A stretch of DNA of 64,000 bases from positions 1,429-65,428 of the forward strand of contig JAFSGW010000028.1 in assembly GCA_017440585.1 (NCBI GenBank), in the 5' to 3' direction. The first letter of the stretch is position 1; each line of letters starts with the position of its first letter. Below are positions 35,688-44,900 of the stretch, in pieces. A model generated the notes under the pieces. That model ran no database searches. It was given only the letters and a program-made list of their open reading frames with translations, and was not told the origin of the DNA. A program made the position numbers and the translations under genes. The stretch is from Clostridia bacterium (lineage in GTDB: Bacteria; Bacillota; Clostridia; UMGS1883).

Positions 35688-36896
35688 TTACTTACCCATA
35701 TTTATAAATTTTTCCATTAATTCGTGCCCGATTTCGATGTATTCGCCGCACTCATCGGCACATTTTTCGCTGTAGGTATAGCCTGTATTGTTGCAGTCGC
35801 CCTTACGGTACATTACGCAGGGAACGTTTTCGGCAGAGTGAGTTTTAATTGCAATAGGTGTGAAGTGGTCGGGAAGAATCATGAAGCAGTAGTCCTCTCC
35901 TGCCTTGTCAAGCTCTTCTCTGATATAGCCCACAATTTTTTCGTCAATTAATTCCAGACTCTTTATTTTACCCTCCATATCGCCCTGGTGACCGCATTCG
36001 TCGGGTGCTTCAAGGTGAACGTAAACAAGGTCGTAATTATCCTTTAAGAGGGCATCTGCGGCTGCCTTTGCCTTGCCTGAGAAATTGGTGTGAAGATTGC
36101 CTGTTGCACCCTCAACATCGATAGATTTCATCTTTGCCAATATGCCGATGCCCTTAATAAGGTCAACAGCGGAAACAACGGAGCCTTTAACCCCGAACTT
36201 TTCCTCAAAGCTTGTTAAAAGAGGCTTTTTGCCTTCGCCCCATACCCATATGCTTGTTGCAGGGTTTTTGCCCTCGGCAATTCTTCTCTGGTTTACGGGA
36301 TGAGCCTTTAAAACAGCCTCGCTCTTTTTCATAAGGTCAAGGATACGCTCGTTGTCGGGAAGATAGTCCTTGATTTTACGGTCAGAAATGTCATGAGGGG
36401 GAGTGAGCTTAAACTTTTCGGGGGCATTGTCCCAGGTGAATAAGTGACGGTAGCTTACGCCGGGGAAAAGGTCGATATCACCGCCGAAGAGTGCTTCTTT
36501 TACTGCCAAAATAAGCTCAGTACTTTCCTCTGTTGTGATTTCACCTGCAGAATAGTCAACCATGGTTTTGTCCTCGTAGTTTTCCTCATCGGACAAGGTT
36601 ACGGTATTTGCACGGAAGGCTGTCTGTGTTTCGCTGAGGTCCACACCTATGGAAGCTGCCTCTAAGGGAGAACGACCTGTGTAATATTCATAGGGGTTAT
36701 AGCCCATAACGGAAAGGTTTGCAACGTCGCTTCCGGGCTTTAAGCCTTCGCCTACTGTTTTTACAAGGCAAAGAGTGCCCATGGAGGCAAAGTGATTTAT
36801 GTTGGGCATTTTAGCTACCTCAAGAGGTGTTTTGCCGCCGAGTGCCTCAATTGGGTAGTCACCTGCACCATCGGTTAATACTATTACATATTTCAT
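35688..36896 (-). CDS. apgM: cofactor-independent phosphoglycerate mutase, archaeal-type (ApgM family)
   Basis: MKYVIVLTDGAGDYPIEALGGKTPLEVAKMPNINHFA is the ApgM signature. RBS AAAGGAG lies 8 nt before the ATG at 36896; the track ORF starts at 36914. Confidence 0.8.
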   Translation of the reverse strand: MKYVIVLTDGAGDYPIEALGGKTPLEVAKMPNINHFASMGTLCLVKTVGEGLKPGSDVANLSVMGYNPYEYYTGRSPLEAASIGVDLSETQTAFRANTVTLSDEENYEDKTMVDYSAGEITTEESTELILAVKEALFGGDIDLFPGVSYRHLFTWDNAPEKFKLTPPHDISDRKIKDYLPDNERILDLMKKSEAVLKAHPVNQRRIAEGKNPATSIWVWGEGKKPLLTSFEEKFGVKGSVVSAVDLIKGIGILAKMKSIDVEGATGNLHTNFSGKAKAAADALLKDNYDLVYVHLEAPDECGHQGDMEGKIKSLELIDEKIVGYIREELDKAGEDYCFMILPDHFTPIAIKTHSAENVPCVMYRKGDCNNTGYTYSEKCADECGEYIEIGHELMEKFINMGK

Positions 36897-37001
36897 AAGA
36901 AATACTCCTTTCAAACAATTTTTTCTATTATACCACTATGTGTGGGAAAGGGCAAGATAAAAGTTGACAAAAAAAGCTTATAATGGTAGGATAAATTTAA
37001 A

Positions 37002-38153
37002 ATGATGAATGGGAAGATTGCTATGAAAGAATGGTTAGCTGCAATAATATCTGCTGTTATGGTTTTGTCGGGCTGTGGTACGGATATGGACGTAACGGAG
37101 CCTACGGAAATAATTGAGGATACCCGTGCAAGGGATATGGTTGCCACTATGACGCTGGATGAAAAAATATGCCAGCTGATGTTTGTAACCCCTGAGAGCA
37201 TTACAAATACCGGTGCTGTTACAGTGGCAGGCGAGGTTACAAGGCTTGCTCTTGAAAAATACCCCGTGGGGGGAATTGTTTACTTTGCACAGAATTTAAA
37301 GAGCCGTGAACAGATAACAAGTATGATAGAAAACACACAGAGCTACTCAAAGGTACCTCTTTTCATTGGTGTTGACGAGGAAGGGGGCAGGGTAGCAAGA
37401 ATTGGAAGCAAGCCTCAGTTGGGTACAACAAAAATAAAGGCTATGAAAAATGTACAGAGCATGGAGGAAGCCTATATAATCGGTGAAACCTTAGGAAAGG
37501 ATTTAAAGGGGCTTTTATTCAATGTGGATTTTGCACCCGTTGCCGACGTGATTGTTGATGTAAAAAACAGCGAAATAGGCGACAGAAGCTTTGGAGAAGA
37601 CCCGTATTGGGTGGGCAAAATGACAGAAAGTGTTGTCAAGGGAATGGAAAAGGAGGGCGTAAGCTCTGTATTAAAGCATTTTCCCGGGCATGGAAGCACT
37701 GTGGCAAATTCCCACACGGGCTATTCCGAAAGCACAAGGACTGTTGACCAGCTGCGTGAATGCGAGCTTATACCCTTTAAAATGGGTATTGAGGCAGGAA
37801 GCGACTTTGTGATGGTGTCACACATGACACTTGTGAACATTGAGCCGGAGAAGCTTCCATCGTCCTTATCAAGGACTGTTATAACAGACCTTTTAAAAAA
37901 TGAGCTTGGCTTTGATGGTATTGTTATTACCGATGCCTTAAACATGGGTGCCGTTACGAAGGAATACGGAATTTCTCAGGCGGCGGTATATGCCATCCGT
38001 GCAGGGGCAGACATGCTTTTAATGCCACAGAATGTGGAGGAGGCAAAGAATGCTCTTTTAAATGCTGTTAAGACGGGTGAAATAACAGAGGAGAGAATAA
38101 ACGAAAGCGTTGAGAAAATATTGAGGATAAAAATTGAGAAGGGAATGATTTAA
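37002..38153 (+). CDS. nagZ: beta-N-acetylhexosaminidase (GH3, NagZ-like) lipoprotein
   Basis: 383 aa. Lipobox LSGC. GH3 N-terminal domain motifs (KHFPGHG, GFDGIVITDALNM). Alternative start at 37023. Confidence 0.75.
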   Translation: MMNGKIAMKEWLAAIISAVMVLSGCGTDMDVTEPTEIIEDTRARDMVATMTLDEKICQLMFVTPESITNTGAVTVAGEVTRLALEKYPVGGIVYFAQNLKSREQITSMIENTQSYSKVPLFIGVDEEGGRVARIGSKPQLGTTKIKAMKNVQSMEEAYIIGETLGKDLKGLLFNVDFAPVADVIVDVKNSEIGDRSFGEDPYWVGKMTESVVKGMEKEGVSSVLKHFPGHGSTVANSHTGYSESTRTVDQLRECELIPFKMGIEAGSDFVMVSHMTLVNIEPEKLPSSLSRTVITDLLKNELGFDGIVITDALNMGAVTKEYGISQAAVYAIRAGADMLLMPQNVEEAKNALLNAVKTGEITEERINESVEKILRIKIEKGMI

Positions 38154-38154
38154 T

Positions 38155-39606
38155 ATGTATATAGGAATTGACCTTGGAACCTCGTCGGTGAAGATGATCC
38201 TTTGCGACAAGGAGGGTAATATTATAAAGACCGTAAGCCGTGAGTACCCCCTCTGTTTTCCCCATGAGGGCTACAGTGAGCAGAACCCTGAGGACTGGTA
38301 CAACAAAACAATTGAAGGATTACGTGAGCTTACAGAGGGCTGTGGGGATAAAATAAAGGGTCTTGGCATTGCAGGACAGATGCACGGGCTTGTAATGCTT
38401 GACGAAAATGATAATGTGCTTCGCCCTGCGATACTCTGGAACGATTCAAGAAGCACAAAGGAGTGCGAATACCTTAATAACGTAATAGGTACAAAGAAGC
38501 TTACGGAAATGACAGCCAACATTGCATTCCCCGGCTTTACTGCACCCAAAATTATGTGGGTGAGGGATAACGAAAGAGAAATTTTTGACAAGTGCAGAAA
38601 AATTATGCTTCCCAAGGATTATATTACCTACCGCCTTACGGGAGTGTTCTGCACAGAGCCCAGCGATGCATCGGGGCTGTTGCTTTTTGACGTGAAGAAC
38701 AAGTGCTACAGTAAAGAAATGCTTGAAATTTGCCATATAACAGAGGATATGCTTCCCGAAGTTTACGAGTCCTTTGCTCCTTGCGGAAAGGTTAAAAAGG
38801 AAATTGCAACAAGCCTTGGCTGGGGCGATGTTACAGTTTCCCCCGGTGCAGGTGACAATGCAGGCGCAGCTGTGGGTATGGGCGTTGTGGGACAGAATAT
38901 GTGCAGTGTTTCCTTAGGCACAAGCGGAACTGTTTTTATAACAAACGACCATTTTTGTGTTGATAATAAGAATGCACTTCATTCCTTTGCACATGCTGAC
39001 GGCAACTTCCACCTTATGGGCTGTATATTGAGTGCGGCAAGCTGTAACAAGTGGTTTTTAGAGGATATACTCAATTCAAAGGATTACGCCCAGTGCGAAA
39101 AGGGCGAGGCTGACGGAAATAACAAGGTTTTCTTTTTGCCCTACCTTATGGGAGAAAGGTCACCTCATAATGACCCGTATGCAAGAGGAGCATTTATAGG
39201 TATGAGCATGGACACGAAAAGAAGCGACATGCTGAAGGCTCTGATGGAGGGTGTGTGCTATGCTCTTCGTGACTGTGTTACCGTTGCAAGGGAGGAGGGC
39301 ATTGTAATTGACGCTGTGCGTGTGTGCGGTGGCGGTGCAAAAAGTGCTCTCTGGTGCAAAATACTTGCAAATGTGCTGAAGGTAAAGGTTTTAAAAACAA
39401 ACTGCGAGGAAGGCCCCTCCTACGGTGCCGCTATCCTTTCAATGGTTGCCTCAGGAGCTTACGGGAGTGTAAAAGAGGCAACAGACGGTATTGTGAAGAT
39501 TAAGGAATGCATTGAATACGATGTGGAGGCTGCCGAAAAATATGACAAGGGGTATGAGAGGTTCAGAGAGCTTTATGCAAGGCTGAAGGATTGGTACAGA
39601 GGATGA
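38155..39606 (+). CDS. xylB: xylulokinase (FGGY carbohydrate kinase family)
   Basis: 483 aa. MYIGIDLGTSSVKMILCD N-terminus, GQMHGLV and C-terminal FGGY domain. Follows nagZ by 1 nt. Confidence 0.7.
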   Translation: MYIGIDLGTSSVKMILCDKEGNIIKTVSREYPLCFPHEGYSEQNPEDWYNKTIEGLRELTEGCGDKIKGLGIAGQMHGLVMLDENDNVLRPAILWNDSRSTKECEYLNNVIGTKKLTEMTANIAFPGFTAPKIMWVRDNEREIFDKCRKIMLPKDYITYRLTGVFCTEPSDASGLLLFDVKNKCYSKEMLEICHITEDMLPEVYESFAPCGKVKKEIATSLGWGDVTVSPGAGDNAGAAVGMGVVGQNMCSVSLGTSGTVFITNDHFCVDNKNALHSFAHADGNFHLMGCILSAASCNKWFLEDILNSKDYAQCEKGEADGNNKVFFLPYLMGERSPHNDPYARGAFIGMSMDTKRSDMLKALMEGVCYALRDCVTVAREEGIVIDAVRVCGGGAKSALWCKILANVLKVKVLKTNCEEGPSYGAAILSMVASGAYGSVKEATDGIVKIKECIEYDVEAAEKYDKGYERFRELYARLKDWYRG

Positions 39607-40289
39607 AAAAAACAATAATTAAAAGAGCCTTTCTTGACAGCCTGCCGGTTTTAAGCGGATATATGGTTATAGGCATAGGCTTTGGCATTATACTTGAAAA
39701 AGAAGGCTACGGATTTATATGGGCATTTCTTATGAGTGCACTTATATATGCAGGAAGCATGCAGTATGCAGGGGTGGAGCTTATTTCTTCAATGGCAAGT
39801 CTGCCCGTTGTTGCAATTACTACACTTATGGTGAATGCAAGGCACCTTTTTTACGGAATTTCCATGATAGATAAATACAAAGGCGCAGGGACAAAAAAGC
39901 CCTATATGATATTTGCACTTACGGATGAAACCTATTCCTTGGTGTGCTATACAAAGTACGACAGGAAAGAAGACAATCATTTGTACAGCTTTTTTGTATC
40001 ACTTTTCAATCAGTGCTACTGGGTGGCGGGAAGCCTTATCGGTTCCATTCTTGGCTCTGCATTGCCCTTTGACACAAGGGGTATTGAATTTTCCATGACG
40101 GCACTTTTCGTTACGGTTTTTGTGGAGCAGTGGATAAATGCTAAAAACCACGCTCCTGCATTGGTGGGGCTTGTTGCATCGGCATTGTGTCTTGCGATTT
40201 TCGGAAGGGATAATTTTCTTATTCCCTCCATGATGGCTATACTTTTCTTGCTTACAATTATGAAGGGCAGGGTGATTGGTGATGAATAG
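39591..40289 (+). CDS. azlC: AzlC family branched-chain amino acid permease subunit
   Basis: 232 aa. Multi-TM. AzlC pattern. Confidence 0.75.
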   Translation: MVQRMKKTIIKRAFLDSLPVLSGYMVIGIGFGIILEKEGYGFIWAFLMSALIYAGSMQYAGVELISSMASLPVVAITTLMVNARHLFYGISMIDKYKGAGTKKPYMIFALTDETYSLVCYTKYDRKEDNHLYSFFVSLFNQCYWVAGSLIGSILGSALPFDTRGIEFSMTALFVTVFVEQWINAKNHAPALVGLVASALCLAIFGRDNFLIPSMMAILFLLTIMKGRVIGDE

Positions 40290-40599
40290 TACATATGCCC
40301 TTTATGCCATCCTTGTTATGGCGGCAGTTACGGCAGTTTTAAGGTTTTTCCCCTTTGTTGTTATGGGCAAAGGAAAAACCCCTGCCTATGTGGAATACCT
40401 TGGCAGGGTTTTACCATATGCGGTTATGGCGATGCTTGTTGTGTACTGCTTAAAGGATGTGGACTTGAAAAATGCACCCTTCGGGCTTTGTGAGGCTGTG
40501 GCGGTTTTTGTTGTGGCAGTGCTTCACAAGTGGAAAAGGAACACCCTTTTAAGCATAATTGCAGGAACTGTATGTTATATGATATTAATAAGACTATAA
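40276..40599 (+). CDS. azlD: AzlD family branched-chain amino acid transport protein
   Basis: 107 aa, 3-4 TM. Overlaps the azlC stop. Confidence 0.7.
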   Translation: MVMNSTYALYAILVMAAVTAVLRFFPFVVMGKGKTPAYVEYLGRVLPYAVMAMLVVYCLKDVDLKNAPFGLCEAVAVFVVAVLHKWKRNTLLSIIAGTVCYMILIRL

Positions 40600-40612
40600 T
40601 AAAAAGGTTGCT

Positions 40613-41428
40613 TTACGGAGCAACCTTTTTTTGCCTGTTTCTGTATTCCTTTGGTGAGAGATTGGTAATGCGGGTGAAGTTACTTACAAAGTGGGGATAG
40701 GAGTTATAGCCCACGTCAAGACTTATCTGCAAAAGGCTTTTGTCGGTGGTTTTCAGCATTTCGCAGGCTTCGCTTATTTTTAAGGAATTTATGTATTGTG
40801 AAATGGTAAGGCGGGTGCCTTTTTTGAAAATGCGACAAAGGTAGGAGGGGCTTACAAAGAATTTTTCAGCAAGATGAGGAATGGAGGTAATGGTTTTATA
40901 ATTGATATTTATGTAGGATAAAACTGCACCGAAGACAGAGTCTGCCTCGTAGATGGGGGAGGCTCCTACAGAGGGTGAAGCTTTAAGGATTAAAAGAAGC
41001 TCGGAAAGAAGCGGAAAAATTTTGTCGGGATTATTTGATGAAAGATGCTCCTTCAGAAGAAGGGTACAAAGGGACTGTATTTTTTCAAAGTCCTCCTTTG
41101 AGGGCTTTAAAAGACGGTTTTCAAAAAGAGAAAGATACAAGCTTTGTGCTTTTGGTGTAAGGTAGGCAGAAAGAAAAGCCTTATCAAAATAAAGTACTGT
41201 TCTTTCGTGCTCGGATTTACTGAAATTGCCGTGAGGGGAAAGCTCCTTTATTACAGCAACACAGTCGGGCTCAACAGAAAAAACCTCGTCACCTATCATT
41301 AAGGTGCCTGTGCCGTAGTGGGGCACAAAAATTTCGTAGGAATCGTGATAATGGGGCTCGTGCATTGTATATCGTTTAGACCTTCGGCTTCTTTCAATGC
41401 CGAAGCTTGTGTGGCGTTCATATATCAT
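40613..41428 (-). CDS. AraC family transcriptional regulator
   Basis: 271 aa. C-terminal AraC HTH. Divergent from the large secreted-protein genes. A terminator palindrome overlaps its 3-prime end. Confidence 0.8.
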   Translation of the reverse strand: MIYERHTSFGIERSRRSKRYTMHEPHYHDSYEIFVPHYGTGTLMIGDEVFSVEPDCVAVIKELSPHGNFSKSEHERTVLYFDKAFLSAYLTPKAQSLYLSLFENRLLKPSKEDFEKIQSLCTLLLKEHLSSNNPDKIFPLLSELLLILKASPSVGASPIYEADSVFGAVLSYININYKTITSIPHLAEKFFVSPSYLCRIFKKGTRLTISQYINSLKISEACEMLKTTDKSLLQISLDVGYNSYPHFVSNFTRITNLSPKEYRNRQKKVAP

Positions 41429-41546
41429 ATTTATCCCTCCATAACTTATTTTAGTTCAATATTCTTTATAAATCAAGAAATTTGTTCAATAAAAATGAAG
41501 AAAATTGATGTTTTGAGTGATAAAATTAAGACAAGGGGATGATAAA

Positions 41547-44500
41547 ATGAAAAAAATGATAAGTATTTTACTTATGACGGCAATGATTTTAAGCCTGCTG
41601 CCCACATTTGCAATAGGGGCAGAAAGCAGCTTTTTCTACACTGTGGCAAGCTATTCAGGCCCTACGGTTGGTGAAGGTATGTTCATAGGAACACACCAGG
41701 CTGCAGAAGGTGGTAATGAAAACTGTGCACCGGGAATTGTGGGCACTACCATTTCGGAAACGGGCGGTGCAATATGGAAAAGCAGAGTGGGATATTTAGA
41801 GTTTGACGTAAAACGCCCTATGGGTGAAATGACAAAGGCCACTTTGAGATTATATGTGAGTGACGTTAACGAAAACTTAACGGGATGGATGCGTCTTGCA
41901 GCATACCTTACCGAAGGAAAGCCTGCTACCGTGGCACTTGGTAAGGACTCTTCCGCTACGGGTTACCCTGCAGTAAATAATGACTACTCATATGATGCGG
42001 CATTCTGGACAGAGGAGATTTACCCTTCGTCGGGAAACAGCTGGAAGGAAATTGACATAACAGAGGCGGTAAAGGCGGCATTTGAAAAAGATACAGAGGC
42101 AGAAAGAATTAAGCTTGCCTTCCGCCTTCAGGTGCCGAAGGCGGGGCTGAATATTGCACTTGACAGCAAAAACGGACCGAGAGTGGTAATAGAGGATGAC
42201 CGTGAAGAGGAGCCTGAAATGGAATATACAAGAACAAATCTTTTTACACATGATATGTTAAGCGATAACCCGGGCGAGGTTGGCTTTACGTCACGCTATG
42301 AAAACGGTGAATTTTTAACAGAGCGAGGCTACAACGGCAGAACCTTCTCCCTTTTTGAGGCGGCACAGTATGCTCTTTTATGGGATGAATACGATAAGGC
42401 AAGAGGTATAACCCTTACAGAGGAGGAATACCTTGAAAACCCATCTGATACAAGCATACAGAATGAAAACGCAAAGAAGGTTTTCCCGTACCAGAGCAAA
42501 GAGCGTGAGTGGGTTGAAAAGAAGCGTGAAGAGGTTATAAAAACCTATACAGAGGTTAAAGAGGCGGGGCAGAAGATTTATTTTATGCAGGACGTTATTG
42601 TTCTGCCGGTAAAGCTTAAAAATGACCGTGCCGATATACGTACAAACGGTAAAATTGATATAAGGCTTGAAGCTACACAGTCTGTTATGGACTTTATGTA
42701 TGAGGAAATGTTCACAGAGCTTCTTGACAAGAATGGTGAAAGCCTTCTTGACGGTATTTACATAAGATATGGCGAAACCTACACAGGCGCAAGCTGGGGT
42801 GTGCCTTACCATACGGGTAACAACCCCATTTTAGGGGACGGCACAAAAACCCATCTTATCCTTATGAATTACTTAAGGGACAAGGTGTGTGAGGAGCTTG
42901 GCGGAGAAATTATTTACAGAACATGGGGCTTTGGCGAATTTCAGTACGACCTTGAAACATACCTTGAAATAAGCAATCAGCTTGAGGTGCATGACAATTT
43001 TTACTTTGCAATAAAGCATACGGCAGGTGATTTCCACCGTACCTTCACCTTTAACCAGACCCTTAATGCAGGTAAGCACAATCAGATTGTTGAGGTGCAG
43101 TGTGCCCGTGAATACGAGGGCAAGGGTGCATATCCCAACTACATTGCAGGTGGCGTTATAAACGGCTTCCCCGAGTATGAATTTCTCATGAGTGAGGATG
43201 AAAAGCAGAGCCTGAGAGACGTTATAAACGTTGAAGGAAGCCTTGTTAAGGGCATATGGACCTGGGCACGCGGTGGCGGCTGGGCAGGTCCGTACATTAA
43301 CGGCACAGGGCATGCTACTGATAAATCAATACCTGTTCCTAACGGCTCGGAAATGTGGTGTGACCTGAACGCTTATGTTATAAATAAATGGGCAAAGGAC
43401 ACCTCTGTGAGCGATAAGGAGCTTGTCCTGGAATATGCAGTAAATGAGCTTGGCATGAACGATAAGGATGCAGAGAGCTTTTATGAAATATGCGAAAAAT
43501 CCTCTCAGGCGGTACTTTTAGGCAGAGCAAGAAACACGGATAAATACAACGTGGATGTGTGGTGGACACGTGATGACGGCATAAGCACATCAAAATTCAG
43601 AAGCAACGTTAAAAATGCTTTTAATAATTCCGTAGAGGATATAATGCTTAAGGAAAAGGCTGAAGCAGTTACCCTCTGGAAGGAAATGAACGAAATTGCA
43701 AAGGGGCTTGACGATTCTCTTTACGAGGTAGAGCTTGCCGATTCCGAAACCTCGGTTAAGGAATATATTATAATGACCACAAGCTACGGTTATTATCTGT
43801 ACAGCATTTATAACCAGATGCATATTGCAGAGGTTGAAAGGCTTAAGGCAGAAAAGGCAGGAAAGAGCATAACAGATGAAATGCTTCATGCAGTGCTTAA
43901 GTACGACATGCTCTGGGAAAAGTGGCAGAAGGAATATGAGGAAAATAAGGATAAGGGATATCCCATCCTTTACGCGAAAGAGTCGGGCTCCTTTAAGGGG
44001 TACAATTCTTTAGTATACTGCGAGCCTTTTTCCTATGCCATGGGAAGCTTTTCACGAGGCGGCGGACAGAACGAAATTAATGCTCTCTGTGAGGGCGTTA
44101 ATGTTGAAAATGCTCATTATGCCACAGACGGTAACATAAATACTGCGGTTACGGCTGTATATGGCGAGGGTGAGGAATATAAGGATAAATATGTTCTGTT
44201 TGAGCTTGACGGAGAGGAAAGCGTGCATTCCGTTGTTATAAAAAAGCAGAAGCTTACCCTGGCAGGCAACACAACCTACTGGGCAGACCATGCTTATGCT
44301 TCGGGCTGTGTGCTTGAAGGAAGCAACGACGGAGAAAACTGGGAACTGCTTTACGAAATGGATAAAACCCCCGACGGACGTGATAACGAAGCGGAGGTTG
44401 TGGTGAAATTTGATGACCCCGTGGATTATAAGTACATACGCTACATAAGAAAAGAGGAGAACAGCTATATAGGCTGGGCTGAAAGCGGAGGCAACAAGCT

Positions 44501-44798
44501 TATACTTGCAGATATTGCCTTCTATGCTCCTGATACGGAAAATGTGTGGCTGTCAGAGGTTAAGAAGAAGGAGGATAGTATAGAGGTAACCCTTGATATT
44601 TTCTCCGAAAGCCCAATGGCAGATGTCGTTTGTGCATATTACAAGGACGATGTGCTTATTAAAACCGTAACAAAAGCCGTAACAAAGGATGAGGCAACCT
44701 ATAATATGCCCCTTGTGAAGGATGCAACCAAAACGAAGGTTATGCTTTTCAACATGAAAAAATTAAAGCCCTTGTGTGGCGTGAAAACAGTTGAATAG
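41547..44798 (+). CDS. large secreted protein with putative glycosidase core and C-terminal F5/8 type C (discoidin) domain
   Basis: RBS AAGGGGA before the ATG at 41547. Signal peptide MKKMISILLMTAMILSLLPTFAIGAES. F5/8 type C-like segment near 44080-44400. The central region is TIM-barrel-like but not confidently assigned. Confidence 0.55.
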   Translation: MKKMISILLMTAMILSLLPTFAIGAESSFFYTVASYSGPTVGEGMFIGTHQAAEGGNENCAPGIVGTTISETGGAIWKSRVGYLEFDVKRPMGEMTKATLRLYVSDVNENLTGWMRLAAYLTEGKPATVALGKDSSATGYPAVNNDYSYDAAFWTEEIYPSSGNSWKEIDITEAVKAAFEKDTEAERIKLAFRLQVPKAGLNIALDSKNGPRVVIEDDREEEPEMEYTRTNLFTHDMLSDNPGEVGFTSRYENGEFLTERGYNGRTFSLFEAAQYALLWDEYDKARGITLTEEEYLENPSDTSIQNENAKKVFPYQSKEREWVEKKREEVIKTYTEVKEAGQKIYFMQDVIVLPVKLKNDRADIRTNGKIDIRLEATQSVMDFMYEEMFTELLDKNGESLLDGIYIRYGETYTGASWGVPYHTGNNPILGDGTKTHLILMNYLRDKVCEELGGEIIYRTWGFGEFQYDLETYLEISNQLEVHDNFYFAIKHTAGDFHRTFTFNQTLNAGKHNQIVEVQCAREYEGKGAYPNYIAGGVINGFPEYEFLMSEDEKQSLRDVINVEGSLVKGIWTWARGGGWAGPYINGTGHATDKSIPVPNGSEMWCDLNAYVINKWAKDTSVSDKELVLEYAVNELGMNDKDAESFYEICEKSSQAVLLGRARNTDKYNVDVWWTRDDGISTSKFRSNVKNAFNNSVEDIMLKEKAEAVTLWKEMNEIAKGLDDSLYEVELADSETSVKEYIIMTTSYGYYLYSIYNQMHIAEVERLKAEKAGKSITDEMLHAVLKYDMLWEKWQKEYEENKDKGYPILYAKESGSFKGYNSLVYCEPFSYAMGSFSRGGGQNEINALCEGVNVENAHYATDGNINTAVTAVYGEGEEYKDKYVLFELDGEESVHSVVIKKQKLTLAGNTTYWADHAYASGCVLEGSNDGENWELLYEMDKTPDGRDNEAEVVVKFDDPVDYKYIRYIRKEENSYIGWAESGGNKLILADIAFYAPDTENVWLSEVKKKEDSIEVTLDIFSESPMADVVCAYYKDDVLIKTVTKAVTKDEATYNMPLVKDATKTKVMLFNMKKLKPLCGVKTVE

Positions 44799-44805
44799 TA
44801 ATAAA

Positions 44806-44845
44806 GGCGACACTTTTGATTAAAAAGTGTCGCCTTTAATTGTTT
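44806..44845. terminator. rho-independent terminator
   Basis: AAAGGCGACACTTTT-GATT-AAAAAGTGTCGCCTTT palindrome. Confidence 0.65.
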
Positions 44846-44900
44846 ACATTCAAGTTTTTCGGCAGTATAATTAAGGTTAAGATTAAGGGAGGGGTTTATT